A stretch of DNA of 64,000 nucleotides, taken from Vermamoeba vermiformis (Eukaryota). Below are positions 27,001 through 38,440 of the stretch, piece by piece. Both the position numbers and the translations under genes were made by a program. Every line of letters starts with the position of its first letter. Positions within the stretch are counted from its first letter, which is position 1. The stretch spans positions 372,001 through 436,000 of the forward strand of contig JBEWZL010000300.1 in the NCBI GenBank assembly GCA_045837725.1, in the 5' to 3' direction. A model generated the notes under the pieces. The model worked only from the letters and a program-made list of their open reading frames with translations, was not told the DNA's origin and did no database searches.

Positions 27001-27415
27001 CACCACGGAACGGTCTCAAAGTTGTCTGGTGGACTTATATTGCTATAAGTAATTCAAAAAATGATTGCATACCAAAATAACAGTCTCAAGAGGGGCTTCA
27101 TTCATCCAGGTGTTTGGTTCAGCCAAAGTGCAGCTGCAAAACGCGAGTTAGATGAGCTTGGAAACAACAAGATCCCACATTTAAATTTAAAACTTACCCG
27201 ACTTTTTGGTATTGATCATCGCTAAAGGTTCGTTGACCAGACTTTTCAACGGTAACTAAGTTAAACTAGATCAGATCCGGGCTGGCAGTTATCAAAGCGG
27301 CTGATTGCTTACCCTTAACACCTTGTTGAACGAGCTTTTCAGCGTCCTCAGGAGTCAGCGGCGTTCTCCTCTCGTTGGGATTCGTTTCAGCGCGTAACCA
27401 GAAGTGGGTTGTCAT
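21031..27415 (-). CDS. Fusion protein: saccharopine-dehydrogenase (Lys1)-like domain + condensation + adenylation + thiolation + reductase (Lys2-type L-2-aminoadipate reductase), roughly 1950 aa
   Basis: N-term WLRAETNPNERRTPLTP, HIYFGHAFKNQ.GW, DIEYIV.E.GHRLASFG, DVSCD, LPSLLP.ESS.DFS. Spliced in frame through intron 25847-25901 into VWTRVEGLF and on to the C domain. A domain FTSGSTGIPKGVMGRH, SGIAHDPLQRDIFTPLF, NMYGSTETQR; T FFELGGHSLLA; R LLTGGTGFLG, GYPQTKWVAE. Confidence 0.9.
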
Positions 27416-27572
27416 TATTGATTAATCGACGTCGTTGCCTACGTGATTCGAAGCTCCGTAAATAGTCAAAAAGAAATAGCTCATGTACTGCGTGTGTTCC
27501 TCTCAAGGAAAACAAACTACAACTTACAAAAATATCTGTTTCTTTTTTTGCCGCTTCAAATTTCAGCGAAAT

Positions 27573-27591
27573 CACGTGCTGACTCCACGTG
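27573..27591. promoter_or_regulatory. Composite E-box / TGACTC / E-box upstream of the Lys1-Lys2 fusion
   Basis: CACGTG-C-TGACTC-CACGTG about 160 bp upstream of ATG 27415. Confidence 0.4.
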
Positions 27592-27668
27592 CCTCAAGAT
27601 AGCCAACGAAGGTAATATTTAATATTAATAGCCACTCCATTTACAAGCCGTTGAGATGATAATTTTAT

Positions 27669-28187
27669 TTAATCCAAGTTATTATTATTTACAGAATTGA
27701 AATTTTGTTCGCGTTGCAGAATGGTTCTAATCGTGTCATTACGCACTATTTTCGTCTCAAATACTTCACGAGCCATAGCCCCGCACTCGTATTCAGGCAC
27801 TACCCTGGTTATGTACAGTGTCACGTTAGCAATAAAATCCAACGTGGCATTGAAGTGTTGCCGCAGTTGGGCCAGTTTGAGCGCCGCAGGAGCCAGCTCG
27901 CACGGCTGTGCATGTTGAAATTCCTGAATAAAATCTGCCGCAACTTGATCAAAGTGTTCTTCTAGGACTAGTTTAAGGGCTTCGTTGAGTTGCCGGCTAT
28001 GGTTGTGGAGAGCTATGTTATAGCAGTGTCGGAAGTGTTCTTCGTACGAGCAATGCAATGTTTCGTCGTAGCTCTGCGTCAAGCTTGCTTTTACAGCGCT
28101 GATGACCACGGCTATAGCCTCCTCTGCATTAAAAGTCGAAGGTCTGTAAGGTTTCGTACTAATACTTATTCTTTGTTGCTGTTGCAT
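27669..28187 (-). CDS. Stand-alone cullin N-terminal repeat-like protein (172 aa, intronless)
   Basis: CSYEEHFRHCYNIALHNHSRQLNEALKLVLEEHF resembles cullin-3 [25 protein letters not shown]..HL; stop after first repeat. Confidence 0.7.
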   Translation of the reverse strand: MQQQQRISISTKPYRPSTFNAEEAIAVVISAVKASLTQSYDETLHCSYEEHFRHCYNIALHNHSRQLNEALKLVLEEHFDQVAADFIQEFQHAQPCELAPAALKLAQLRQHFNATLDFIANVTLYITRVVPEYECGAMAREVFETKIVRNDTIRTILQREQNFNSVNNNNLD

Positions 28188-28490
28188 GTTGTTCTGTGAT
28201 AGAAGGGTGTTAGACAAAAGATCTCGAGATGTAACTTGCTATCGGTCCACTAAAAAAATAGGAAATGTCAAGCTCTGGTTTTTTTGAGACTTCTGCGGAA
28301 AAACTTAGAATAAGTAATCTAGATTAACATTCAAACTACTGCATGTATTGTCCAATTGCTCTTTTCTGTCGGGTTGTTTAATTAACCGGTTTACCGCCAG
28401 TGTTCCAATTAATTTAAATTATTATCCAGAGTTTGTGCTATAAATTACCGATAATTTGTTGCGCTATGTTCTCCTCTATTAATATTAATT

Positions 28491-28750
28491 TTAATATTTC
28501 GTTTTAATTATTTCATTCTTTAAAATTTTCTCGTTGAATACCAGTTGCGCCATTACGGCACAATCATGCTCGGGGACAATTTTACTAAAATGGATGGTAA
28601 TGGTTGCAATCATATCCACGGATGCAGTAAATTGTTGCTCTATCCTCAAGACTGCTGCGCCGCTGTAACTTCGCACGATTGCGCAATAGTGTCGGTAATT
28701 ATAACATTCTCTAATTTTTCGCAGTGCTCTTCTACAACAAAAAGCCGCGA
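28491..28750 (-). pseudogene. Frameshifted partial paralog of the cullin-NTD gene
   Basis: One frame gives FVVEEHCEKL...AQSCEVTAA (cf. LVLEEHFDQV...AQPCELAPAA). A second frame gives QQFTASVDMIATITIHFSKIVPEHDCAVMA.LVF (cf. QHFNATLDFIANVTLYITRVVPEYECGAMA.EVF). Shift near 28660. Confidence 0.7.
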
Positions 28751-29001
28751 CTACAATTTTTAACGCCCAACAGCCACACGTGTCCTCAAAGCGACCATGC
28801 ACTTGCATTTTGGCGAGACTCTGAAAAAATAAGTGGTGTCAATGCACTACTTCAGCTCTCGTGCAGTCCACTCCTTGTTTTCTTGTCGTCACCTCCGCCG
28901 AAATTTCAAGCTCTGAAAACCTTCGTGCACAATTTCGCCATTAACACAAAGAAAGCAATAGCGGTTGCAACAATTAATATGTGCTCGTATCAATTTATAC
29001 T

Positions 29002-32000
29002 ATGAACCCACAAACGAGGCCATTGCCTGCAACCAATAAACAGCCGCCGAACACGCCACCAAAAGGATGGGCAAAGGCGAGCATTAATGGCAATAATTCA
29101 CCTAATGGCGCTAGTCCTACAATATCCAGGGCTCTACCTAAACAGCCTAATCAAAATCAACAGACGCCGAGCCCTACACCAGCACCTCCAAAGGGATTAG
29201 CTAAATCCACCGCTGTGCCAATTCCAAACAGACCACGAGGAGTTCAAACAACAGCACAATTGCCAAATTCATTACCTAGCGCAAGTGAGCTAAGAAATGG
29301 CGTTAACAGAAATGTAGGTTTAGACTTTCGAGATCAAGCAAAATATTCTGCAGTATTTTTCAATCAATTATATTTTGAATATTTTTTGCTCGTAAATACC
29401 AATATTATCTTCTATATACTGCAGGTAAATTTTTGATTAATTTTTTTGATTGATTTTGTCGCATTTCGATATTACTATAAATAGAAACCACCTCAATCAG
29501 TTTAAATAGGACTAATAATCATACCTAATTAGATACCCTCACCTCCTGCTCGAAAAGGTTTGAGCAACTCTTCGAGCTCCATCCCGATCTCAGTATCTTC
29601 GAGCCCTAAAGTTAACAGCCTTGGTAATTCTCCGATGAATTCTCCGCCAGCCAATAGTCCTGTAAATCAAATGAGCTCGCCTAGTCCTGTTAAACGAGCT
29701 ATTTCTGGTCCAAAACAACAAAACAACGGATCTCGACCCACATCTCCCACACCAAAAGTGACAATCAGAAGTGGCCCTAATAGCAATGCCAATAGTGCTA
29801 ACAATTCACCTGCTGTATCCCCACGGCGGAACAATGAGCCGGATGAGGCTTGGCGCGAGTCCAGAGGCAAAGTCATTCGTGAACTCGTCGAGACTGAGCA
29901 GATCTTTCACTCTTTTACTCAAATTTTGATTAATGTAAGTCCATAATATTCAGATTGATATTGTTGAACGATAATTGTTTGATCAATAATTGGAAATTGA
30001 TCGGCAGACTCACATTTCAATTTAATTCATTGCTTGACTTTGACATATTGGTGATAATTATACAAATGTTCATATTATTATAGTTACTAATAATATTATA
30101 GCGCTTTTTGATTCCATTGAGAAATAGTGACAAGATTGTCGGATCTGGCGAGACACTGAAGTTATTCGGAAATATTGAAATGGTGGCAGCCGTTAGTATA
30201 GACGTACGTGGAATATACGTATTAGTATTTGATCTAATAATATCATCATAGATGTATAATGAATTACAAAAGAGAATTGCGGATCCGATTGAAATGTCAA
30301 AAGTTGGCGAGGTTTTTTCGCTAAAAGTAAGACTTTATGTCATATAATTATACTAAGGTACTTATACTAACAATTATAATTAGGCAAAAGAAATATCATC
30401 GATTTATAAAGCCTATTGCGTGGGTCATAAAGAAGCAGTCGAATTATTTCAAAAATTAAAGAAAAACAAAGCATTTTCAGCATTCTTAGAAGTAAGTTAA
30501 TATGAATATTAGTAGTAAATACTATATATCGCATACTATATTGTAGTACTGTGCTAACTGAAATATTTTTAGGAAGCTTTTGAAGATCCGTCCTGCAAGA
30601 GGCTATTACTGACCGATTTCTTAATTATGCCCGTGCAGCGCGTTTGTAAATATCCATTATTATTAGACGTAAGTAATGCTCCCTTCATATCACAACTATT
30701 AACCGGATGCGACCCCAGTACACGAAACTTTATTCGTTCTTAAATGCGTAAAATTTCAATATTATTATTGCGTTCAACTAAGTAACGCAATTACTATTAT
30801 TAGAAAATTATCGAAAATACGCCGAAGAGTCACCCAGATCACGCGGCAATGCAACAAGGTTTTGAAACAATTAACAGCTTGTTGCAAGTGGTCAATGAGT
30901 CTGCTAAAGAGGCTGAAATGCTCACTGAAATATTGCGTGTAGAATCAAAGATTAGTGATATCCCTGAGGTACGTACTGGCCCAGATCTGGCTTTCCAAAA
31001 AAGGAAAATTTTTGTAACGGCTTATCCGCGGCTATCTCTTTCATCAAATACGAATTATAGCGATATAATAACTATATCTAGCGATATTAACGCATATTTT
31101 GGCATTTAGAATTTAAAACTAGCGGTTCCAGGTCGAACACTAGTGCGCGAGGCAAAATGGACTAAGATCTCAAAGAGCAATGTGCAAGAGCGCCAGTTCT
31201 TCATGTTCTCGGACATGCTAGTCTACGCCAAGTTGAATTTAATGAAGAAAGAGTCTTATGAATATAAAGGCGTTTGTCCTTTTTACACTTGCGAGTTCGT
31301 GGATCACGCGGATTCAGGTAACACTTTTCAATTCCTTATCAAATAATAACCCTATAACGCCATGATATATTTCCATGGAATTATCCGTGTTGATGCTAAT
31401 ACTACTTAATTTGTAGGTGACGTCAAAAATGCGATTGCAATTATTCGCAAGGACTCGTCGCAAAAGAAGTACATTATTTACACAAAAGACCCGCAACAAA
31501 AGAAAGACTGGCTCGCACTGCTGCAAGAGGCTGTTAAGAATTTGAATGGCAAAAATAATGCCGGCAATGTTAATGCTAAAAATAACGACAGTAAGTCACG
31601 TGCACGGATTAATCTTTGCAATTATTTATTGCCGATAAATTAACGACAATATTTGCAGGCAATAATCCGTTGTTGAAGCGAACGATGAGTAGTTTAACGA
31701 GCCATAAAGACCGCATCACAATGGTCCAGATTGAAGATCGAATTAGCGGCTGGAAGGCACGTGATCGAGTTAATTCTTATTTCTATATTTAGTAACCGAC
31801 ATTGCCTTATTTAGAACGACAACGCCGTGCGAACCTATATTGATGAAGGACCAATTGGGGTGATGAAAGAGGGGTCCTCGAGTGTGGATCAGCGCTACTT
31901 GTTCCTGTTCAACGACATTGTGCTGCTCGCCAAACAAGTGCGCAAATTATCGACCAAGAACCCATTTCAATTTGTCAAGGCCTACGAAGTCAAATCGAAT

Positions 32001-32784
32001 CTGGTCATACAAGACCTCGCTGATACTGAAGGTACGGATCCAACACTTTCATACGATAATATATTGTATAATACTGACGTCTTGATTATAGACGTAGAGA
32101 ATGCCTTTGTGACAGTGTCGATGAAAGACAAAGAAAAATTTGTTTGTGTTTGCAAAGATTACGAGGACAAAGTCAAGTGGTACAAATATCTTGCGGGTAT
32201 GTGCTTAGTATTTTAATTTAATTGCTGCCCTATCAATATTGTGATTGTTAATGAGATAATCCACGAATGAATGATTTTGACACCTTGTTTGACACGTGTC
32301 ACTTAACACTAATTTCACTGAACCTTTAGGAGCTGATGCACCACCAATGATGCCGCGACCCCTCGTCTCGCGAGCACCAAAACTGCAAATAGAACAACAA
32401 TTGATGCGCAAGGAGTCGAGGAACATTAACAAAATCCCATCACCTCGCGGCGACGACAAGGACAAAGACAAAAAAACAATTGTCGTGTCACCGCGCGACA
32501 AAATTACGCGCAAAGAGAGCAAAAAGATCGAAGTGGAAGATGACGACGGTGACTCGCGCATTGTGATTGAAGGATTTGAAGCTCCGCCGTGGGACCCGGA
32601 CTCCATGTACAACGAGTGCCACGACTGCAAGAAACCATTCACGACCACCAATCGCAGACATCATTGCAGAAATTGTGGCAAAGTCTTCTGCAACACATGT
32701 ACAGCTAAACGAACTTTACTGCCGCGGTTTGGATTCACAAAGAAAAAAGTTCGTGTTTGTGAAAAATGCTTCTTAGTGCATTGA
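29002..32784 (+). CDS. FGD-like RhoGEF: Pro/Ser-rich N-terminus, DH, PH, PH, FYVE
   Basis: RGKVIRELVETEQ, FLIMPVQRVCKYPLLL, VNE, ERQFFMFSDMLVY, QRYLFLFNDIVLL, WDPD...CHDC..F...RRHHCRNCGKVFC..C...RVCEKC. Confidence 0.93.
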
Positions 32785-32911
32785 AAAATCTGTCAATAAA
32801 CCACTTGTATTATTAGGCCTGCCTTATACTGATTCTTTGAATTTTGCGAACCACATCCAGATCCAGGTTGGAGGCACTCATATATAAATAGGAGTTTACT
32901 AAGCACATTGT

Positions 32912-34090
32912 TTAGAAGAACTTTCGTTGAGGCTTGGCAGCAACAGCAGGTTTCTTAGGCTGAGCGGCCAACAACATGTCATAGGCGGGCTGTTGGATCT
33001 GTTCAACACTGCACTTGATCATCATTTCAATCTCTTTCTCGCAGCCCTTCAATTCACCGTTCTTGCCTGCCACGCACTTCTTGACGGCGTCAGTTTGGTT
33101 CTTGCACACAATCGGCACCACGCAGGCCTGTTGTTTAATGTCCGCGGCCACTGTTTGTTGGTGCTGAGGACCAAAGCGCATCATTTTTTGTTGCAATTCA
33201 CCGGCTTCTTTGCCGCAGTGTTGTTGCAGTGCGATCAAACCGGGCGGGAAATTATCGGAGAATTTCTTGGATTCTTTTTGGACTTGACCGAACATTGCTA
33301 AAAAAGGAAATAATACATGTTAAAAGCCGTATTTATGCATAAAAATTAATATTAAGTGCTAATAGTGTATCTATGTGTATTGTACTAGATAATATTACCT
33401 TCCATTTGATTGTGGCAAGTATTAAACATTTCTAAAGTGTCTTTGTTCTCATCCAAACACTTGACAACTGCGTCACCATAAGCCTTGTTGTTAGTCTTGT
33501 CGCAAACACAAAGTCCGAATTCTAAGTATTTTTCAACTGCACGAGGATCATTTTCGCCTATAATAAAGTCAATGAGATCCAGCTGAAAATTTTTCAGATG
33601 CAACGACGGATCTTCGATAAGATTGAGTTCTATTTAACTTACCATATTTTTCAGCGATAGCCTCGGCTTCACTACCAACGTACATGCACTCAGCGAAGGC
33701 CATTGTGCCAGTACCCTTCTCCTTGAAATATTTCTTTGCATACTACGAAGATCTGCGTTAGTAAAATTCACAATAAATTTATAGTTATTTTATTTACATA
33801 TACGAGTATCGGGTATGATAATATAGGCCAAAACAATAATTACTAATCATAAAAATAATTTTGGAAAAAGTGATCTACGTTTAATTTTGAAGGAAATAAT
33901 GATCGTGGTAAGGAATAATATGCACAAAATATGGTAATAATATTTTCAAAATTATTTCATTAGTCACGAGACGTAGTATATAGATCAAGAGAGTGACGAA
34001 AAATATTTCGAATCCCTGAGCACTTACAGGGACAAAGAAGGACTCCTTCTCTTCTTTCAAAATCTTAGTAAATAGTGGCAAATTGTCCAT
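32912..34090 (-). CDS. Cysteine-rich protein with C-terminal twin CX9C (CHCH-like) motif
   Basis: CKNQTDAVKKC and CEKEIEMMIKC are both CX9C; spliced from 4 exons. Confidence 0.55.
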
Positions 34091-34318
34091 GGTGTCTGTT
34101 GTGTTGATTATGCTCTAAAACAAAATAATCGAAATGAAGTCACGATCCACTTTGACCAACGAACTCACTCGGCATAATTACACGAATCATGACTTCGATT
34201 GTATGCCACATTATATTAGTTTATAAAAAAGCATTGTAAGGATATTCTTTTCTGATAGAAGATTGGAATTGTTTGGCCTGATCTAGATGTCATTTTGAAA
34301 GTGGCTTAACAGGTTTAT

Positions 34319-35651
34319 TTAATGAGTTTTCTGGGTAAAAATGTACAAATCTCCCAATCTATCAGTACCGTCAAATCCACCGTGAATCACAACGCCGTTG
34401 AGAATGGAAGTTGAAGCGATCCACCCGCGTGCAGTGGGCCATTGACCGGGCGCGTCTTGTGGCACTTGAGTCCAGATACCAGTGCGAGTATCATAGATGA
34501 ATGCGTCTTGCCAGTACTCACTAGGACATACAACTGTTAAGACTAGTCGTTGCGGTAGTGTTCAAAAAACCACGTGACATACCCGGCACCCAAGTGACCT
34601 TGTTTCGACGGCTCTTTTTCACCACCAAAAACAAAAATTTCATGTTCATTCAAAGGACAAGCACAGTGCTATTAAAAGAGTATTAGAGTCAATTATGGAC
34701 TGTGAGAAAAATACTGGAGTACGTACAACGCTGCGCGGTTGAGGAGCAGTTCCAGCAAGTTGCACTTCGGTCCATTGATTCTGAGTCAAGTCGTATTTAT
34801 GCACGTCTCCGAGCTCTCGACCACTGAAGCCAAACAAGACAAACAGCGCGTTGGTAGTCGAGACCAGTTGCGGACCACCGCGCTCCGAAGGCGGATTAGC
34901 CGCACGCAACTCTTCCCACGTCTAAACGAGATATCAATTAGTATAGTGCTCAAACAGTATGTGCGTAGCTCGTGAGTGATCTATAATTAGGTGCTCTAAA
35001 ACAAGAATTTCATGAACGGATAAATGCGTATTTGTGCGTACTTTGCTGCGTAAGTCGAAGCGCCACAGATCGTTGTATCTGCCCTTCACAGGCTTGCACC
35101 CGCCAAACAAATAGAGGTACAGTGAGTTCGGAGGCGAAGTCATCACGTGATAGCTGCGCGGAGGAGGGATCTGACCCACCATTGCGACTTCCTCCCACGT
35201 GTTCGTTGAAGTATGGAAAATCCACATATCTTCTAGCTCTAGGATAGCAATAGATTAATTTTCGGGTTTAAATCACGAAGTTCCACGTGGCAAGAAATTT
35301 AATAGCCCGAAGATCTGTTTGTAAAACTTGACCAGAGCTATAATGCCGGATTACTATTTAATCTATATTTTATGAAATATTACCTGTTTTATCCGTGGTT
35401 CTGCCGGCATAAAAAACGATGTCGGTGCCAACAACAGTGGCGGAGTGGGCCAATCTGGCTTTAGGAGGAACGCCATGAGTTTGCACTTCATTCCATGAAT
35501 CAGTGGCAATGTTATAAGCCCACAGACTATTGTCGATAGTCTCTCGGGGCACGTGTTCACCTCCAAAAACGTAAATCTGGCCACCAACTTGTGACACGGT
35601 ATGGGAGCTGCGTCCCAAAGGCGCATTAACGTTTGAAGCCTTCTTCCACAT
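34319..35651 (-). CDS. Kelch-repeat beta-propeller protein (nitrile-specifier-like)
   Basis: GRSSHT..VG..IYVFGGE, ARLAHS, PRSYH, LYLFGGC, RGGPQL, FVFGGE, VIHGGFDG. Confidence 0.88.
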
Positions 35652-36149
35652 TATTATTTAATGATAGTGCGTATTCGTGAATAATCCAGAATCTGTAGCT
35701 TGAAACTCCGAAGCAACTTGATCAGATGAGATCTGAGGCCAGCTGTTGACTCGTCGGGTTAGTACGAAATATCTACAATAAAACCTGATGCGGAGCCATG
35801 CCACAGCTACACCAGGGCTCAACCAGGGTAGTCTGAATTTGGGTGCCCTGGTGGAGGAACGATTTTTTCTTCCAAGCGCAAAAAGATGAACCTAATGCTA
35901 CACGAAACCATAATGTTCCATACTGCAATGTCTGAGGTCAGAGGTAATTTTTAGGCCATTCGCTTGACCTCGATGCAAGCTTTGTCCGGGTAACGGCCCG
36001 ACCATTAAAGATTTGAATATTCTGTGCTCCTTATTGATATTGATTGACACTAAATTAATCCATTTTATATTTTAATATTCATAGTACTCAAATTGTAATT
36101 ATTTAAAAATCCAAATTTATTTCCGATCTCGTACAACGGCTAGTCTGTT

Positions 36150-36854
36150 TTACCATTCAGAAACAGCGGAAGCTTTCTTCCACGAAGGTCTGTTCGAAAC
36201 CTCGGACCACCAGCGCATAAAGTTCTTGTGTTTGCCATACAAATCTGCGTACTGAGGGAGAGCTCCAAGAACGAGGTTGGTGTAAGGCAAGTAGACAATA
36301 TCTGCGTACGAACAGCATTAAAGACCCGTCTAATATCGTATATTGTAGGAAATTGAATACTTACCAGCGACAGTGAAGTGATCGCCAGCGAGGAACTTGG
36401 ATTTAGCCAAGCGAGCGTCGAGAACAACAAGAGCTTGTTCCAAGCGCTTCTCGGCATCCTTGACCTTGGCTTCGTCGCTAGGGAAACCTTTCATTTTGGC
36501 GAAGAGGAGTTGAACGGCAAGATCTTCCGCAGCGTTGTAATAGGATTGCTCAACAGAGATCCATTGCTCGATAACTCCGCGAGCCTTAGCGTCGGCAGGG
36601 TAGAGAGTACTAGTCGTATCATAAGCTGAGGCAATGTAGCGAGCAATGGCACGAGATTCGTAGATTTGGTAGTCGCCATCTTGAAGCACTGGAACTTTAC
36701 CAAACGGCTGCTTGTTGGCAATATAGTCAGGGGTCTTCATTTGCTCCATGCCAACGGTCTCGAATTCGTAAGGCAAGCCAATCTCTTCGAGCGTGGTCAA
36801 TACACGACGAGTGCAGGTGGATCCGCGCAAACCAAAGACTTTAAGTTGAGCCAT
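36150..36854 (-). CDS. Glutathione S-transferase, phi-like
   Basis: STCTRRVL, QPFGKVPVLQDGDYQIYESRAIARY, LDARL.KSKFLAGDHFTVA|DIVYLP. Confidence 0.93.
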
Positions 36855-36953
36855 GTTAGCTTAGTGGTGAGTAGTGGTGTTGTAGATAGAGGTGAGTAGT
36901 TGAATGAACTGTTTGATGAATCGGTAGAGTGCTATTTATGGATAAAATAACAA

Positions 36954-37013
36954 TCTTCTAGCATTCTTAATTTATCTTCTAGCATTCTTCTACCACTTTC
37001 TAGGATTCTTCTA
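36954..37013. repeat. Short imperfect TCTTCTAGCATTCTT repeats in GST upstream region
   Basis: TCTTCTAGCATTCTT twice plus TTCTAGGATTCTT, followed by CACGTG at 37015-37020. Confidence 0.55.
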
Positions 37014-37578
37014 CCACGTGACTTTTAACCGTTGGATGTGCACGACAACTTGGACCTCAGAAGGTAATCGTATTATCTTATGGACTATGAAGGTGCTAAT
37101 ATGACGAACAGGAAGCTCCGTACTGGAACGAAGTCAATTTGCCGGATTTGGAAGAAATTTCAAGGTCTCAAAGTTCCTGATGCTTCCTTTCGCACAAGTC
37201 ACGTGCTACTTTAGCTAACGAGAAGGTAGGACCTCATTCCATTATTTTGAACAGGCCACGACGGAGTTTTAATTTGCTCCGTTGTTTGAGCAACAGACAG
37301 ATCTTTTGCAACCTTTATAATAGTGCGCTACAAGATATTTGCGTTACTACATATCGTACGCGGTATACAATATACATGGCACTGACTAATCAGAACGTCA
37401 AGCTTGAGATCTTTACGGAAATCAATCCTCAAGTGCTTAACACCATCGAGAGTGTATCCCAATCAAGTGTCTATTATTGACTATTGGAGGGGCATTATTC
37501 CACTACTAATCGCAAGGTTATGCGTTGCATTAATTGATTTATTTACAAGTATTTACATTATCTGAATCGAATCATAAT

Positions 37579-37959
37579 TTAAGCAGCGTAGGTGGGCGTA
37601 GGGCCAGGAGTATTAACTACAACTACTTGATTTTGCTCCAATTTGGCAATTTCTTGCTTTTTGTCTTGAATATCGTCGTATTTCGAAGCTGCGCGAGTAC
37701 CGAAGACGGCGGCAACGACAACGGCGGGGATCAGGCCCAATGGCAGCCAGAAATAGCAAGCAGTAGTGGCAGCAATAACGACGTGCTTCTTGTACTTCTT
37801 TTTGTCCTTTTTGAGACCTGTTTTCAGCTCTTTTAATCGTGCAGTACGCGCTTGATCCGGACTAAGGGGTTGACCATGTTGATTGACGTAGAGTGGTGTT
37901 TGAGTCTGAGTGTAGATGACTTGAGTAGTCACGGGCATAGGAGTCACTTGGGCGTTCAT
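37579..37959 (-). CDS. Small hypothetical membrane protein (126 aa)
   Basis: Intronless ORF, basic stretch followed by hydrophobic hairpin VVIAATTACYFWLPLGLIPAVVVAAVFG; TATA-like sequence upstream. Confidence 0.7.
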   Translation of the reverse strand: MNAQVTPMPVTTQVIYTQTQTPLYVNQHGQPLSPDQARTARLKELKTGLKKDKKKYKKHVVIAATTACYFWLPLGLIPAVVVAAVFGTRAASKYDDIQDKKQEIAKLEQNQVVVVNTPGPTPTYAA

Positions 37960-38440
37960 CGTTGTGGGTGGATTTGTACCGGATTCGCTGAGTAGAGTTC
38001 TTTTGTATTGTACAGCTTTGTCAGTAATTGAATGACGAATGTGAATCTAAATTGCTTATATATCCTCGTTTCGTAGGTTTCAATTTTGCGATTTTTAATT
38101 TTCGTACCCTACTTTTTTTGGTTATGAATAAAAACGAAAATTGGAAAAATTACTGTACCTACTGCATGGGATATACCGGATAATTACCTCTACTTTGATA
38201 CATATTCAAATGCTGCGACTGTTCAATGGTGTGCAAACATGAAAAACCGTACCATGGGATCTGCTAGCAGCGTCAGTGCCGCGCGGAACCCCGTACTACT
38301 CTGTAACGTCTGTAGTTCGAACGACTGTAAAAAATAAATTTATCAGTACTATTTTAATGCTGCGGAGTCCTAGTGTTCGCTGAAAATGACTGGCTGTCAA
38401 TTTGTCGTTTTTTTCCCAACAAAGCAACACCAGTCATAGA

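Noticed and set aside
34238-34245. ATATCCTT on the minus strand, U12 donor-like
   Set aside because: Intergenic, with no flanking exons or branch site to support it.
35866-35892. Similarity to the U4 5' end or U6 core (GCGCAAAAAGATGA)
   Set aside because: Match is short and gapped, and the rest of the snRNA is absent.
37247-37480. Short ORF and splice-like signals upstream of GST
   Set aside because: Could not assemble a coherent gene model; may be a decayed remnant.
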